A DNA stretch of 24,312 nucleotides, from assembly GCA_037445735.1 (NCBI GenBank), contig JBBIJY010000035.1:1-24312 (forward strand), written 5' to 3'. Source of the stretch: Armatimonadota bacterium (GTDB lineage Bacteria; Armatimonadota; Fimbriimonadia; Fimbriimonadales; GBS-DC). A program made the position numbers and the translations under genes. This document shows positions 1-8,943 of this stretch, piece after piece. The notes beneath the pieces are model-generated. The model was given only the letters and a program-made list of their open reading frames with translations, was not told the origin of the DNA and did no database searches. How positions within the stretch are numbered: position 1 is the stretch's first letter; each line of letters opens with the position of its first letter.

Positions 1-18
1 TATTCCTCCGTGAGGGGG

Positions 19-1611
19 TTATTCCATATCATCCCCCATCTTTGCAACTGAGCAGCTGAACTCGTTATTGATGAACGGCTCGCCGCGACTGACGCGCCCG
101 TCGATATAGTTCCAGCCTTTGCCGACGCCAATCTCGCGCGCGTTGATCTGGCGATAATGCTCACGAAAGGCGTCCACATCGCGCCCGTACCAGTGGAACG
201 AGTTCAGGTCGGTCTCCAGATGCGACCAGCCCGAGTTATCGTGAACCAGCCGTGTGGGGTCTAACTGCCGCGCGAGCTGCACCATCTGCAGCACCCAGTC
301 GACGCGATGGGCGCGGTCGGTATTCACCAGCGAGCCGATGCCCCACTCCTCGTTAAAAATCGTCCAGATAATCAGGCTTGGATGATTGAAATCGCGCTCG
401 ATCTGGTCGCGCATGGTGCGTTCGAACAGCTGGCGAGCGCGGGCGGTGGGCAGGTAGACGCAGGGGATGTCCGCCTGAACGAGGATGCCCAGCCTATCCG
501 CCCAGTAGAGCTTGCGCGGCTCGTCCGCCTTGATGTGGATGCGCAACATGTTGAAGCCTGCCCGCTTCGCCAGCTCGATATCGCGCCGCAGAAACGCATC
601 ATCAGGGGCGGTGTAAATCCCGTCGGGATTGAACGACTGATCCAGCACGCCGCGCAGAAAGATAGGCTCGCCGTTGAGCAATACATAGCTGTGGTCGGAG
701 CCGTTGTACCTGCCCCAGCGCACGGTGCGCAGTCCGAAATAGCCGCGCACCTCATCCAGCAGCGTCTGCCCCTCCGATGAGGGGCGCAGCTGCACGATGA
801 ACGGGTACAGCACGGGCGTTTCTGGTGTCCAGAATCGGGGGCGGGCAACCTTCAGGCGCAACTCCAGTCGGGTCTGATCTGCCGTGAGCGACGCACTTGC
901 CTGCGCAAACTGGCGATTGGGCGAGCGTACGCTGAGATGCAGGGGCATCCCATCCTGCACGCGCCCGATGTCAATCTGCAATCGGACGATGCCCGTGGGC
1001 ACGCCATGCGTGTCGCTCTCTATGAGAACCCGCCATCGTTCAACCCACGCCTCGCCTGTCGCTTCCAGCCACACGCTCTGCCAGATGCCGCTGGTGCTGG
1101 TGTACCATGTGGGGATTTGCTTGCCGAGCGGGGTTTCAGGGTCGGTACGGTCCTCCACGCACACCACGAGCCGATTGGGGCGGTCGAAGCGTGCCCAGCG
1201 CGTGATGTCGAATCGGAACCCGGAGTAGCCACCCTCGTGATCGCCCACCCGCTCGCCGTTCACCCACACCTGTGCCGCCCAGTCGACCGCGCCGAAACAG
1301 AGCCAGATGCGTTTGCCCTGCCACTCTGCTGGCAGGCTGAACTCGCGCCGATACCACGCGACGCCTTTATAGTCGGTGCGCTGGATACCGCTCAATCGGC
1401 TCTCCCAGCCGAAGGGCACGCGAATGCGCGCTTCAAAGGGCGTCTCGCGGCGCATCCAGCCGTCGCTCAGCCCGCGATTGTCGGGGTCGAACTGAAACTC
1501 CCAGATGCCATCGAGCGAGTGCCACAGCGGGCGTTCAAAATCGGGGCGCGGGTGCAAATCGGTCACGCCGGTCAGCGTCAACAGCGTCGCCATCGTCGCC
1601 ATCCATGCCAT
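19..1611 (-). CDS. Glycoside hydrolase family 2 (beta-galactosidase/glucuronidase-like), probably C-terminally truncated
   Basis: GH2 motifs: SLDGIWEF, VPFGWES.LSGI, LCFGAVDW, HEGGYS.F.FDIT, SGIWQSVWLE, GFNMLRIHIK, RDFNHPSLIIWTIFNEEWG (acid/base Glu), EPFINNEF (nucleophile Glu). Start placed at MAWMATMATLL (1611; 1602 or 1593 possible). The ORF-track extension to 2235 is antisense to the TA pair. The frame stops 12 residues after EF. Confidence 0.85.
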   Translation of the reverse strand: MAWMATMATLLTLTGVTDLHPRPDFERPLWHSLDGIWEFQFDPDNRGLSDGWMRRETPFEARIRVPFGWESRLSGIQRTDYKGVAWYRREFSLPAEWQGKRIWLCFGAVDWAAQVWVNGERVGDHEGGYSGFRFDITRWARFDRPNRLVVCVEDRTDPETPLGKQIPTWYTSTSGIWQSVWLEATGEAWVERWRVLIESDTHGVPTGIVRLQIDIGRVQDGMPLHLSVRSPNRQFAQASASLTADQTRLELRLKVARPRFWTPETPVLYPFIVQLRPSSEGQTLLDEVRGYFGLRTVRWGRYNGSDHSYVLLNGEPIFLRGVLDQSFNPDGIYTAPDDAFLRRDIELAKRAGFNMLRIHIKADEPRKLYWADRLGILVQADIPCVYLPTARARQLFERTMRDQIERDFNHPSLIIWTIFNEEWGIGSLVNTDRAHRVDWVLQMVQLARQLDPTRLVHDNSGWSHLETDLNSFHWYGRDVDAFREHYRQINAREIGVGKGWNYIDGRVSRGEPFINNEFSCSVAKMGDDME

Positions 1612-1629
1612 ATCCGTCCATGTGCCCCT

Positions 1630-1655
1630 ATTGTACCAGAGGGAAGGGGTATATT
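1630..1655. promoter_or_regulatory. Back-to-back putative -10 elements for the GH2 gene (minus, TGG-TACAAT 1638-1630) and the MNT-HEPN operon (plus, GGG-TATATT 1647-1655)
   Basis: Both hexamers lie in the 55-nt divergent gap and match the GG-TAnnnT pattern seen before many genes in this window. Confidence 0.5.
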
Positions 1656-1666
1656 TAAATGAACCG

Positions 1667-1999
1667 ATGAATCGCAGACGGAGAGCCAGACCTATCGCGC
1701 TGGAGAAGGAAGCCATTAAAGCCCTCTTGCGCGAGCTGATGCCTGAGCTGCAACGGGTGTACCGTGTGCGCTCGCTGGCACTTTTCGGCTCAGTTGCACG
1801 CGGAGAAGCGAAGGCGCGCAGCGATATCGACCTGCTGGTGGAATTCGACGACGCAATAAGCCCCGTGAGCCTGCTCGAGTTCGTCGCGCTTCGAAACTTT
1901 TTATCGGACAAACTGGGACGGCGTGTTGATCTTGTTGAGAGGCAGACTCTGCGCCCCACTCTACGCGACGGAATCCTTCGTGAAGCTGAACCAATATGA
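1667..1999 (+). CDS. Minimal nucleotidyltransferase (MNT/MntA-type antitoxin)
   Basis: [12 protein letters not shown]...SDIDLLVEF (GS-x10-DxD), LGRRVDLV; ~110 aa from ATG 1667; ATGA overlap with the downstream DUF86 gene. Confidence 0.93.
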   Translation: MNRRRRARPIALEKEAIKALLRELMPELQRVYRVRSLALFGSVARGEAKARSDIDLLVEFDDAISPVSLLEFVALRNFLSDKLGRRVDLVERQTLRPTLRDGILREAEPI

Positions 2000-2364
2000 A
2001 GCGAAAACTGGTGGAATATCTGAAAGATATTTTGCAAGCAAGTCAGAACGCCCGCCGTTTTGTGCAGGGACTGACCTACGAGCAGTTCGCTGCTGATATA
2101 GAGAAAATTTACGCAGTTACGCGGGCACTCGAAATTATAGGGGAAGCAACCAAGAAAATACCCGCCTCTTTGCGGAAGCGATACCCTCAAATCGATTGGC
2201 GCAGCGTTGCAGGCATGCGGGATGTGCTTATTCATGACTACTTTGGTGTTGATCTGCGCCGTGTCTGGAGGGTGCTACAGGACGACCTTGTAATTCTGGA
2301 GTCGGTGATCACCCAGATGCTAAATGAGGAGCTGGAATCGCGTGGCGAATCCAGCGGCGAATAG
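1996..2364 (+). CDS. HEPN/DUF86 (HepT-like) ribonuclease toxin
   Basis: [34 protein letters not shown] with intact R-x4-H HEPN motif and the Tyr that follows it. Confidence 0.93.
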   Translation: MKRKLVEYLKDILQASQNARRFVQGLTYEQFAADIEKIYAVTRALEIIGEATKKIPASLRKRYPQIDWRSVAGMRDVLIHDYFGVDLRRVWRVLQDDLVILESVITQMLNEELESRGESSGE

Positions 2365-2385
2365 TGAATCAGGGTATTATCTTGG

Positions 2386-3489
2386 GTGATGCACCGATTC
2401 GCCTTTGTGATTCATCCGATCGATGTGAAGCGGGACGCGGCGCGGAAGTATCCGATTGCCCGCTACCTGCCTGAGCGCTGGGTGGAGAGCCTGCTGAAGC
2501 GCAAGGAGCCGATGGTGGTCTCGCGCATCACGGGCGTGCGTTCGCTCACGGGCGCGCAGACCGAAGGCTGGTTCATTGGTTGCCCGCTCTCACCCCGCAT
2601 GATGCTCTCGCTACCGCTGGAGTTCGTGTATCAGAAAATTATCCGCTGCGGGCAGATTGCGCAGGAGCTGGGCGCGGAGATTATCGGGCTGGGCGCGTTC
2701 ACCTCGGTGGTGGGTGACGGCGGCATCACGATTGCCCGCCATCTTGATATCGCCGTTACCACGGGCAACAGCTACACGGTCGCGACAGCGATTGAGGGCG
2801 CGATCAGGGGCGCGGAGCTGATGGGCATTCCGATTGAGCAGGCAACGGTGGCGGTGGTGGGCGCGACGGGTTCCATCGGGCGCACCTGTGCGCAGGCGCT
2901 GGCGCCCGTCGCGGCACGAACCCTGCTGCTGGGGCGCGACGCCAGCCGACTGGAGCCAATTGCCGGCGAGCTGCGAGCCACCGCGCGCGGAACCGTGCAG
3001 GTCGCCACCGATTTAGCCCGCGCGCTGCCCGACGCCGATGTGGTCATCACTGTTACCAGCGCGATCGACGCGATTATCGAGCCAGAGCATCTGAAGCCAG
3101 GCGCCGTCGTGTGCGATGTGGCGCGTCCGCGCGATGTGTCGGTGCGGGTCGCCCGCGAGCGCGATGATGTGCTGGTAATCGAAGGCGGGGTGGTGGAGGT
3201 GCCTGGCGAGGTGGATTTCGGCTTCGATTTCGGCTTCCCGCCCCGCACCGCCTACGCCTGCATGTCCGAAACGATGATGCTGGCGCTGGAAGGACGCATC
3301 GAGAGCTTCACGCTGGGCAAAGAGGTGAGTTTGCAACAGGTGGAGACCACGCAGGCGCTGGCACGCAAGCATGGCTTTCGGCTGGCAGGCTTTCGCAGCT
3401 TCGAACGCGCGCTCACCGACGCCGAGATCGAGCGCATTCGCACGAACGCCGAGCGCAAGCGTGTCCAGGTCTACTCGCCCGCTGGGTAG
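2386..3489 (+). CDS. Acyl-ACP-reductase-like NAD(P)-dependent oxidoreductase (COG5322 type, often mis-annotated as shikimate dehydrogenase)
   Basis: FAFVIHP, IGLGAFTSVVG, TTGNSYT, Rossmann VVGATGSIG, CDVARPRD, YACMSETMMLALEG. These parallel cyanobacterial AAR motifs, including the catalytic-position Cys. Start GTG 2386 or ATG 2389. Confidence 0.8.
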   Translation: MMHRFAFVIHPIDVKRDAARKYPIARYLPERWVESLLKRKEPMVVSRITGVRSLTGAQTEGWFIGCPLSPRMMLSLPLEFVYQKIIRCGQIAQELGAEIIGLGAFTSVVGDGGITIARHLDIAVTTGNSYTVATAIEGAIRGAELMGIPIEQATVAVVGATGSIGRTCAQALAPVAARTLLLGRDASRLEPIAGELRATARGTVQVATDLARALPDADVVITVTSAIDAIIEPEHLKPGAVVCDVARPRDVSVRVARERDDVLVIEGGVVEVPGEVDFGFDFGFPPRTAYACMSETMMLALEGRIESFTLGKEVSLQQVETTQALARKHGFRLAGFRSFERALTDAEIERIRTNAERKRVQVYSPAG

Positions 3490-3956
3490 GGGAAGCAGGC
3501 ACGGAACCGCTGCAGCTCCAGCTGAACCTGATAGGGGATTTGTGGCTCGGCGGTGGCTGGCGCACAGCAGTTATAGACCACGATCAGCTGGTTCACCCGC
3601 TCCATCGCGGCTTGCAGCTCGCTCGTGCGCTGTTCGAGCCAGAGGGTGTACTGCTCCACCGATTGCTGGCAGATCCGGGGGTACTCGCGTTCAGCGCGTT
3701 GCCAGCAGCGGCGGCATTCGGCGCGGGCATCCTCAATCTGGCGAGCGCGTTCGAGCCATTCGGGCAGCACGCCCGCGCTCTTGAGCAGGCGGATCGCAGG
3801 GCGCATCTCCGGCGGCACGAACCACTCCTCGTCCATCGGCAACGGTTTGCCCCTGCCCGGCAGGTTGTCAAACTTGCCCTCCTGCATCGCCTCCTCAATT
3901 TTGCGCTCGGCGATAATCTCGATCACGCGCTGGATGTCGGGATAGTCGCCTCTCAT
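3471..3956 (-). CDS. DUF1992 (DnaJC28-like conserved domain) protein
   Basis: IAERKIEEAMQEGKFDNLPGRGKPL...RLLKSAGVLPEWLE. Start MRGDYP at 3956 overlaps the rpiB stop (ATGA). Confidence 0.85.
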   Translation of the reverse strand: MRGDYPDIQRVIEIIAERKIEEAMQEGKFDNLPGRGKPLPMDEEWFVPPEMRPAIRLLKSAGVLPEWLERARQIEDARAECRRCWQRAEREYPRICQQSVEQYTLWLEQRTSELQAAMERVNQLIVVYNCCAPATAEPQIPYQVQLELQRFRACFPYPAGE

Positions 3957-4387
3957 GGTAGTTCCAGTTTCTGCACGCGGCGGGCGTGGCGCGGCTCGTC
4001 GCTGAAGGGCGTGCGCAAAAATGCCTCCACAATCGCCTTTGCCAGCTCCTCGCCGACGATGCGCCCGCCCAGACACAGCACATTCGCGTTATTGTGCGCA
4101 CGGGCGAGCTGCGCCGACACGGGTTCGGAGGCATGTGCCGCGCGAATGCCGCGCCGCTTGTTCGCCGCGATGCACATGCCAATCCCCGTGCCGCAAATCA
4201 GGATGCCGCGCGAATCGGGCTGCTCCACCACGCGCGCCGTGAGCTGATGCGCAATATCGGGATAGTCAGCAGGCTCGGACGAGAAGACGCCGAGGTCCTC
4301 CACCGCATAGCCCTGCGCCTGCAGATGGTTGCGCAGCGCCTCTTTGAGCGCGTAGCCCGCGTGATCGGAGCCGATAAACACCTTCAT
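3953..4387 (-). CDS. rpiB: Ribose 5-phosphate isomerase B
   Basis: IGSDHAG, DYPD, GILICGTGIGM..AANK..GIRAA, ARAHNNANVLCLGGR, RHARRV. Confidence 0.97.
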   Translation of the reverse strand: MKVFIGSDHAGYALKEALRNHLQAQGYAVEDLGVFSSEPADYPDIAHQLTARVVEQPDSRGILICGTGIGMCIAANKRRGIRAAHASEPVSAQLARAHNNANVLCLGGRIVGEELAKAIVEAFLRTPFSDEPRHARRVQKLELP

Positions 4388-4397
4388 CGCTGTTTCT

Positions 4398-4418
4398 TGC
4401 GGAAGCTTCGCTTCCGCA
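4398..4418. repeat. Perfect 9-bp inverted repeat (TGCGGAAGC-ttc-GCTTCCGCA) between ctpA and rpiB
   Basis: Read directly from the sequence. No U-tract follows on the transcribed (minus) strand, so it is not a canonical intrinsic terminator. Confidence 0.8.
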
Positions 4419-4432
4419 GTCCATAAGGGATG

Positions 4433-5809
4433 CTATGGTTGGGATGGCTCGGTGCTGGCGCGCATGGTGGCGGAGCCAGGCTTCTGCGCCTGAATCTTCT
4501 CGCGCAGCACCTGTAGCGCTTTTTGCAACACGCGGTCGTTGGCGATATTCTCATCGCCGATGCGCCAATCTTCGCCTGGCTGAACCTCAATATCGGGTTT
4601 GAGACCGCCGACGCGCTTGCCGTCCACCATCTTCGCGTTGAGGTCGGTTCCGTTCGGCGTGAGGTACTTGGCGGTGGTGATGGCGACGGCGGTGTTGCTG
4701 GTGATGGGGATGACCGTCTGCACCAGCCCTTTGCCGTAGGAGGGTTCCCCGATGAGCATGGCGACCTTGTGGTCGCGCAGGGCGCCTGCCACAATCTCGG
4801 ACGCGCTCGCGCTGGAGCCGTTGATCAGCACCACCATCGGGATTTTCAGGTTGCGGTAGCGTTCGGGCAGTGCGCGGCGCTGCTCCAGCACGCTCGTGCG
4901 CCCCTTGATGCTGACCACCAGACTGCCTTCGGGCAGGAATCGGCTCGCCACCTCGATAGCCGATTCGAGCAGCCCGCCCGGATTGGCGCGCAGGTCGAGG
5001 ATCAGGGCGCGGGCGCCGTTGCGTTGCGCCTCGCTGAGAGCGCGGTCTAACAGCGCGGGCGCCTTCTCACTGAAGTTCTGCAGCCAGATGCGATAGATTT
5101 TGTTCTCGCTGTCGTCCAGATAGACATCGACGGTGGGGCTTTCCACCAGATCGCGCTGGATGGTGATGGTGAGCGGTTTCGGCTCCCCTTCGCGACGGAT
5201 GGTCAGCGTCACTTTGGTGAAGCGCGGTCCGCGAATCATGCGCACAGCTTCGTCCAGCGAGATACGCTCCAGGCTTTTGCCGTCCACGGCGATAATGATG
5301 TCGCCCGCTTTGATGCCGGCGCGGCTGGCAGGGCTGTTCGGCAGGGGGCGCACCACGCGCGCGCCGCCCGGCGCATCTTCCAGCAACGCGCCGATGCCCG
5401 TGAAGTTGCCCGAAGTGTCCTCCTGCATGCGGCGGAAGGCGTCGGGGTCCATAAAGCGGGTATAGGGGTCGCCTAACGCCAGCAGCATGCCGTCAATGGC
5501 AGCGTAGGTGAGCTTATCGACGGCGGGCGGCGTGCCATAGAAGTGCGTTTCGATCTCGCCCAGCGTGCTCTGGAAAGCGTCGACGGGGTCGAGCGCGGAG
5601 CGCGAACCCTGCAGCAGGTTGCCGACCGCTGAGCGCAGCAGCCCCAGCGATTCGCCCGGTCGCGCATGGAGGCTCGCCGACAGATCCGCGCTCAAAAAGC
5701 CCAGCAGGTAGAGGCTGACCAGCGCGGGGATCAGCACCAGCACGCGCCAGAGCGCGCGCCCCCACCGGGTGCGCCTGCAAACCCGATTCAATTGGCTGCT
5801 CATGCTCAT
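4433..5809 (-). CDS. ctpA: C-terminal processing peptidase, S41A family (PDZ + S41), catalytically intact
   Basis: N-terminal hydrophobic anchor, LGDPYTRF, GIGA (PDZ), DLRANPGG, NGSSASASE (Ser codon 4807-4805), SYGKG (Lys codon 4732-4730), KYLTPNG, GLKPD. Start at 5809 overlaps the upstream stop (ATGA). Confidence 0.93.
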   Translation of the reverse strand: MSMSSQLNRVCRRTRWGRALWRVLVLIPALVSLYLLGFLSADLSASLHARPGESLGLLRSAVGNLLQGSRSALDPVDAFQSTLGEIETHFYGTPPAVDKLTYAAIDGMLLALGDPYTRFMDPDAFRRMQEDTSGNFTGIGALLEDAPGGARVVRPLPNSPASRAGIKAGDIIIAVDGKSLERISLDEAVRMIRGPRFTKVTLTIRREGEPKPLTITIQRDLVESPTVDVYLDDSENKIYRIWLQNFSEKAPALLDRALSEAQRNGARALILDLRANPGGLLESAIEVASRFLPEGSLVVSIKGRTSVLEQRRALPERYRNLKIPMVVLINGSSASASEIVAGALRDHKVAMLIGEPSYGKGLVQTVIPITSNTAVAITTAKYLTPNGTDLNAKMVDGKRVGGLKPDIEVQPGEDWRIGDENIANDRVLQKALQVLREKIQAQKPGSATMRASTEPSQP

Positions 5810-7251
5810 GATTGAACCTCCTTCGCACGGCTCAGCCACTGGATGGCGCGGGCGAGCGCGGCATCGCCCTGAATCTGTCCCCGCATGCGCGGCGGCTCCG
5901 CCACACGCTCATCGGGCTGAACCCCGCGCTGATGGAACACCGTGCCATCCGCGCCCAGGTAGCGTCCGACCGTCATGGTGAACCCGGAGCCGTCGCTGAG
6001 CCGATAGAGCGCGATCTGGGAGGCGTCGCCCGCGCTCGGCATACCGAACAGTCGCGCCTTCGCGCCTGTGCGCAGCGCCAGCGCCATCAACTCCGCCAGA
6101 TTGTAAGTGCCGCGATCGATCAGCACGGCAATCGGCACTTTAACGGGTTGCGGCGCGCTTTTCAGATTCAGCGGGCGTTTGCGGTACTGCTTGCCCTCAC
6201 GCACCTCCACGAGCGCCACCTGCCGCTTATTGACCAGCCGCGCCAGCATCTGCAGCACCGCCTCCTGCTGACCGATGGCGGTGTTGCGCAGGTCGATGAC
6301 CAGCCCCTTCATGCCGCCCTGTTGCAGGCTCTGGAGCGCGGTGGGCAATTCCTTCGCGGCGGCGCCGTTGAGCAGGTTGAACCGCAGGTAGCCCCACTGG
6401 CGCTGGAGCAGGCTATACTCCAGCGGGCGCACCTGAATACGGGCAGGTTCCACCCTGACCTGCAGGGTTTGACCGGCACGCTTGATGGTCAGCTCCAGCG
6501 GGGCGCTCACAGCGCTGAGTCCGCCGCCTTTCTCTTCAGCGGTCGCAGTGGCGGGCGGCTTCGGCTCCACGCGGCTGAGCATCTCGATGGCTTCACTGAG
6601 CGTGAGACCGTTGCGCAATCGCTCGCGGGCACGCCGATCCGCCTCAATCAGCTGCTTGCGCTCGGCATGTTGACGCTGGAGCTGGAGCACCTCATAGAAC
6701 GGGTCTTCCGAGATGACCCACTTTTTGTTGATTTCGGCGATGAAGTCGCCCGGCTGGATGCCGGCGCGTTCGGCAGGCGAGCCGGGCACGACGGCGACCA
6801 CCTGCAGCAGTTGCTGTTCCCGTTCACCCTGCTTGCGTTTCAGCACGGTGAGCAGCGCGCCGATGCCCTCCACATTACCGCTGAGCGCGTTCAGCCATCG
6901 CGCGCGCTGGTCCGCTGTCAGGTATTGCGTGTGCGGGTCGTCCAGCTCGTTCAGCAGCGCCTGCAGGGAGCTGTGCGCCATCTTCTGCGAATCGACCGGT
7001 TCCACGAAGTTGTCGCGCACGAGGGTGTACACGCGCCAGTAGAGCTGGATCATCTCTGGTTCGGACACCTTCGGCTCCGGGCGCGGCGTGCGCGCGTCGG
7101 CGAGCGCTGGCGCGAAATCGCGCTGCACCACCGTCTCCGACCCGCGCGTGAGATAGGCTCGATAGAGCGCTTTGTGGGTGAGCCAGCCGCCAGCGAACGC
7201 CAGCCCCATCGTTAGCAGGCTCAAACCCCCACGCCAGACAGTGCGTTTCAC
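5806..7251 (-). CDS. S41A peptidase paralogue with substituted catalytic residues (predicted pseudoprotease)
   Basis: LDDPHTQYL, GIGA, SPAERAGIQPGD, GLVIDLR, YRLSDGSG, GVQPD are all present, but SASASE reads TYNLAE and YGKG reads AGDA. GGAGG at 7266-7262 and TACAAT at 7279-7274 lie upstream of the GTG start. Confidence 0.88.
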   Translation of the reverse strand: MKRTVWRGGLSLLTMGLAFAGGWLTHKALYRAYLTRGSETVVQRDFAPALADARTPRPEPKVSEPEMIQLYWRVYTLVRDNFVEPVDSQKMAHSSLQALLNELDDPHTQYLTADQRARWLNALSGNVEGIGALLTVLKRKQGEREQQLLQVVAVVPGSPAERAGIQPGDFIAEINKKWVISEDPFYEVLQLQRQHAERKQLIEADRRARERLRNGLTLSEAIEMLSRVEPKPPATATAEEKGGGLSAVSAPLELTIKRAGQTLQVRVEPARIQVRPLEYSLLQRQWGYLRFNLLNGAAAKELPTALQSLQQGGMKGLVIDLRNTAIGQQEAVLQMLARLVNKRQVALVEVREGKQYRKRPLNLKSAPQPVKVPIAVLIDRGTYNLAELMALALRTGAKARLFGMPSAGDASQIALYRLSDGSGFTMTVGRYLGADGTVFHQRGVQPDERVAEPPRMRGQIQGDAALARAIQWLSRAKEVQS

Positions 7252-7329
7252 AGACCCATAACCTCCGCCCTATATTGTATCCCATGCGAGCCACTTTATG
7301 GAGGGCAAAACGGGTAAAAAGGGAGCAGG

Positions 7330-7758
7330 ATGGGCACTTTCCAGGCGATCGAGCATACGGCGGATAAGGGACTGGAGGTGAAGGCGGACAGCCTGCCAGA
7401 GCTGTTCGCCACCGCCGCGCGCGGGCTGTTCACGCTCATGATTGACCCCGACCGCTATCCCCCTACCGAGCAGACCCACATCGAGATCGGGGCGCCCGAT
7501 CTGGAGATGCTGATGGTACGCTGGCTGAACGAGCTGCTCTATCAATTTGAGGTGCACCATCGGCTGTTCAGCCAGTTTGAGGTGGCGGTGGCGGCGCACG
7601 AGGGGCGATGGCAGTTGCAGGCGACCGCTCGCTACCGCCCTATCACGCCCGAAATGATTGAATGGGAGGGTGCGCCCATCAAGTCTGTCACCTATCACGG
7701 GCTGACCCTCCAGCAACAGGGCAACCAGTGGTTTTTGCGGTTCTATGTGGATGTCTGA
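7330..7758 (+). CDS. Archease
   Basis: N-terminal IEHTAD, LMVRWLNELLY, IKSVTYHGL and terminal DV are archease signatures; 142 aa. Confidence 0.93.
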   Translation: MGTFQAIEHTADKGLEVKADSLPELFATAARGLFTLMIDPDRYPPTEQTHIEIGAPDLEMLMVRWLNELLYQFEVHHRLFSQFEVAVAAHEGRWQLQATARYRPITPEMIEWEGAPIKSVTYHGLTLQQQGNQWFLRFYVDV

Positions 7759-8867
7759 TTGGTGGCGTTCAGCAGATTGACGATGCCCTCGCCGCCGGGG
7801 GTGATACGCACCTGCACGCCACTCTCGTTGTAGGGCGCCAGTTCGATGCCGACCTTGACGAAGTGCCCTGCGAGCCAGAGGGTGGTGCGCAGGTGGCTGG
7901 ACGCGCGCGGCGTTGTCCACGCGCTCGCTCCATCGGTGAACAGCGCGGGCAGCACGAGCTGGTCTGCCAGAAAGTGGTCCACTGCGGTGCGCGTGCGCGC
8001 CCATGCCACGAACTCGTTCCATGCCTCCTCCACCACCTGCTCGATGGGCACGCCCCGCCGTCCCAGCCGAATGAAGCCTGCATAGCCCCGCTCGGCTTCT
8101 GCGGTGAGCGTCACTGCCAGCCCGAAGCCGCGCGAGGGCAGAACCTGATGCACAATCGACGGCGTCAGCCCCAGCAGGCGCACGAAGGTGTCCACCACCC
8201 GATCCCCGCGCGGCAGAATCTCTTCGGGCAGATTCGACATCGTGAACAGCGCCCAGATTTTTTTGAGGCTGCCGCGTTCAATCCACTCAATCGGGCGCAG
8301 GGGCAGCTCGGCAGGGTGAATCGTCAGCACGCAGCGTCCGCCACCTTTGGGATAGAAGCCTGCCGCCTCCGTTTCCAGCTCCGCCTCCACCCCGAAATGG
8401 CTCAAGGCGGGCAGATACACATATCGGATATAATCCGCGCTCGGACTCCAGCCGACATGGGTACCGCCCATCAGAATGAGGCGGGCGCTTTGACCCCGCA
8501 GTGCCAGCGGCAGCAGCACCGTCTGCGCCACCAGCATGATGGAGCCAGCTGACCCCATGCCCGAAATCTCTTCCACATTGAACAGGAACTCGCCGCCTTC
8601 CACCTCGCCTGGTTCGAAGCGCAGGGTCGGGGAACCGAGAAACGCGCCTTCCACCCGCGCCTGACTGATGGTGGCAGCGGCATGCACGGCGGTCAGATGC
8701 TGGGGCTGCAAGCCTGGTTTGGGGCGTCGCGCCCGAATATTGCGAAACTCCACCGGCTGACCCGTAAGAATCGACAACGCCAGCCCCGTGCGTACAATCT
8801 GCCCGCCGCCCTCGCCATAAGAGCCATCAATCACCACATACCGCTGAGTATCCGTTGCCCTTTCCAT
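7743..8867 (-). CDS. rtcA: RNA 3'-terminal phosphate cyclase
   Basis: IDGSYGEGGGQIVRT, NIRARRPKPGL.PQHL, GGTHV.WSP..DY, GFYPKGGG, LADQLVLP, SSHLRT (catalytic His). Start MERATD at 8867, with TATAAT 10 nt upstream. Confidence 0.95.
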   Translation of the reverse strand: MERATDTQRYVVIDGSYGEGGGQIVRTGLALSILTGQPVEFRNIRARRPKPGLQPQHLTAVHAAATISQARVEGAFLGSPTLRFEPGEVEGGEFLFNVEEISGMGSAGSIMLVAQTVLLPLALRGQSARLILMGGTHVGWSPSADYIRYVYLPALSHFGVEAELETEAAGFYPKGGGRCVLTIHPAELPLRPIEWIERGSLKKIWALFTMSNLPEEILPRGDRVVDTFVRLLGLTPSIVHQVLPSRGFGLAVTLTAEAERGYAGFIRLGRRGVPIEQVVEEAWNEFVAWARTRTAVDHFLADQLVLPALFTDGASAWTTPRASSHLRTTLWLAGHFVKVGIELAPYNESGVQVRITPGGEGIVNLLNATNQTST

Positions 8868-8943
8868 CTTAACCCCGATTATACCCGCCCTTGCTGACCA
8901 CTTCATCCCCCATCCGTTGACCCTTCTCAAAGCAAGTGGGTGT

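Noticed and set aside
1612-2235. N-terminal 208 aa of the 738-aa ORF
   Set aside because: Antisense to the MNT-HEPN genes; GH2 similarity starts only near 1611.
5812-7215. 467-aa plus-strand ORF, and similar shadows at 7662..8552, 16541..17797, 19622..20707 and 22256..23089
   Set aside because: Antisense shadows of well-supported genes in GC-rich DNA, with no recognisable motifs.
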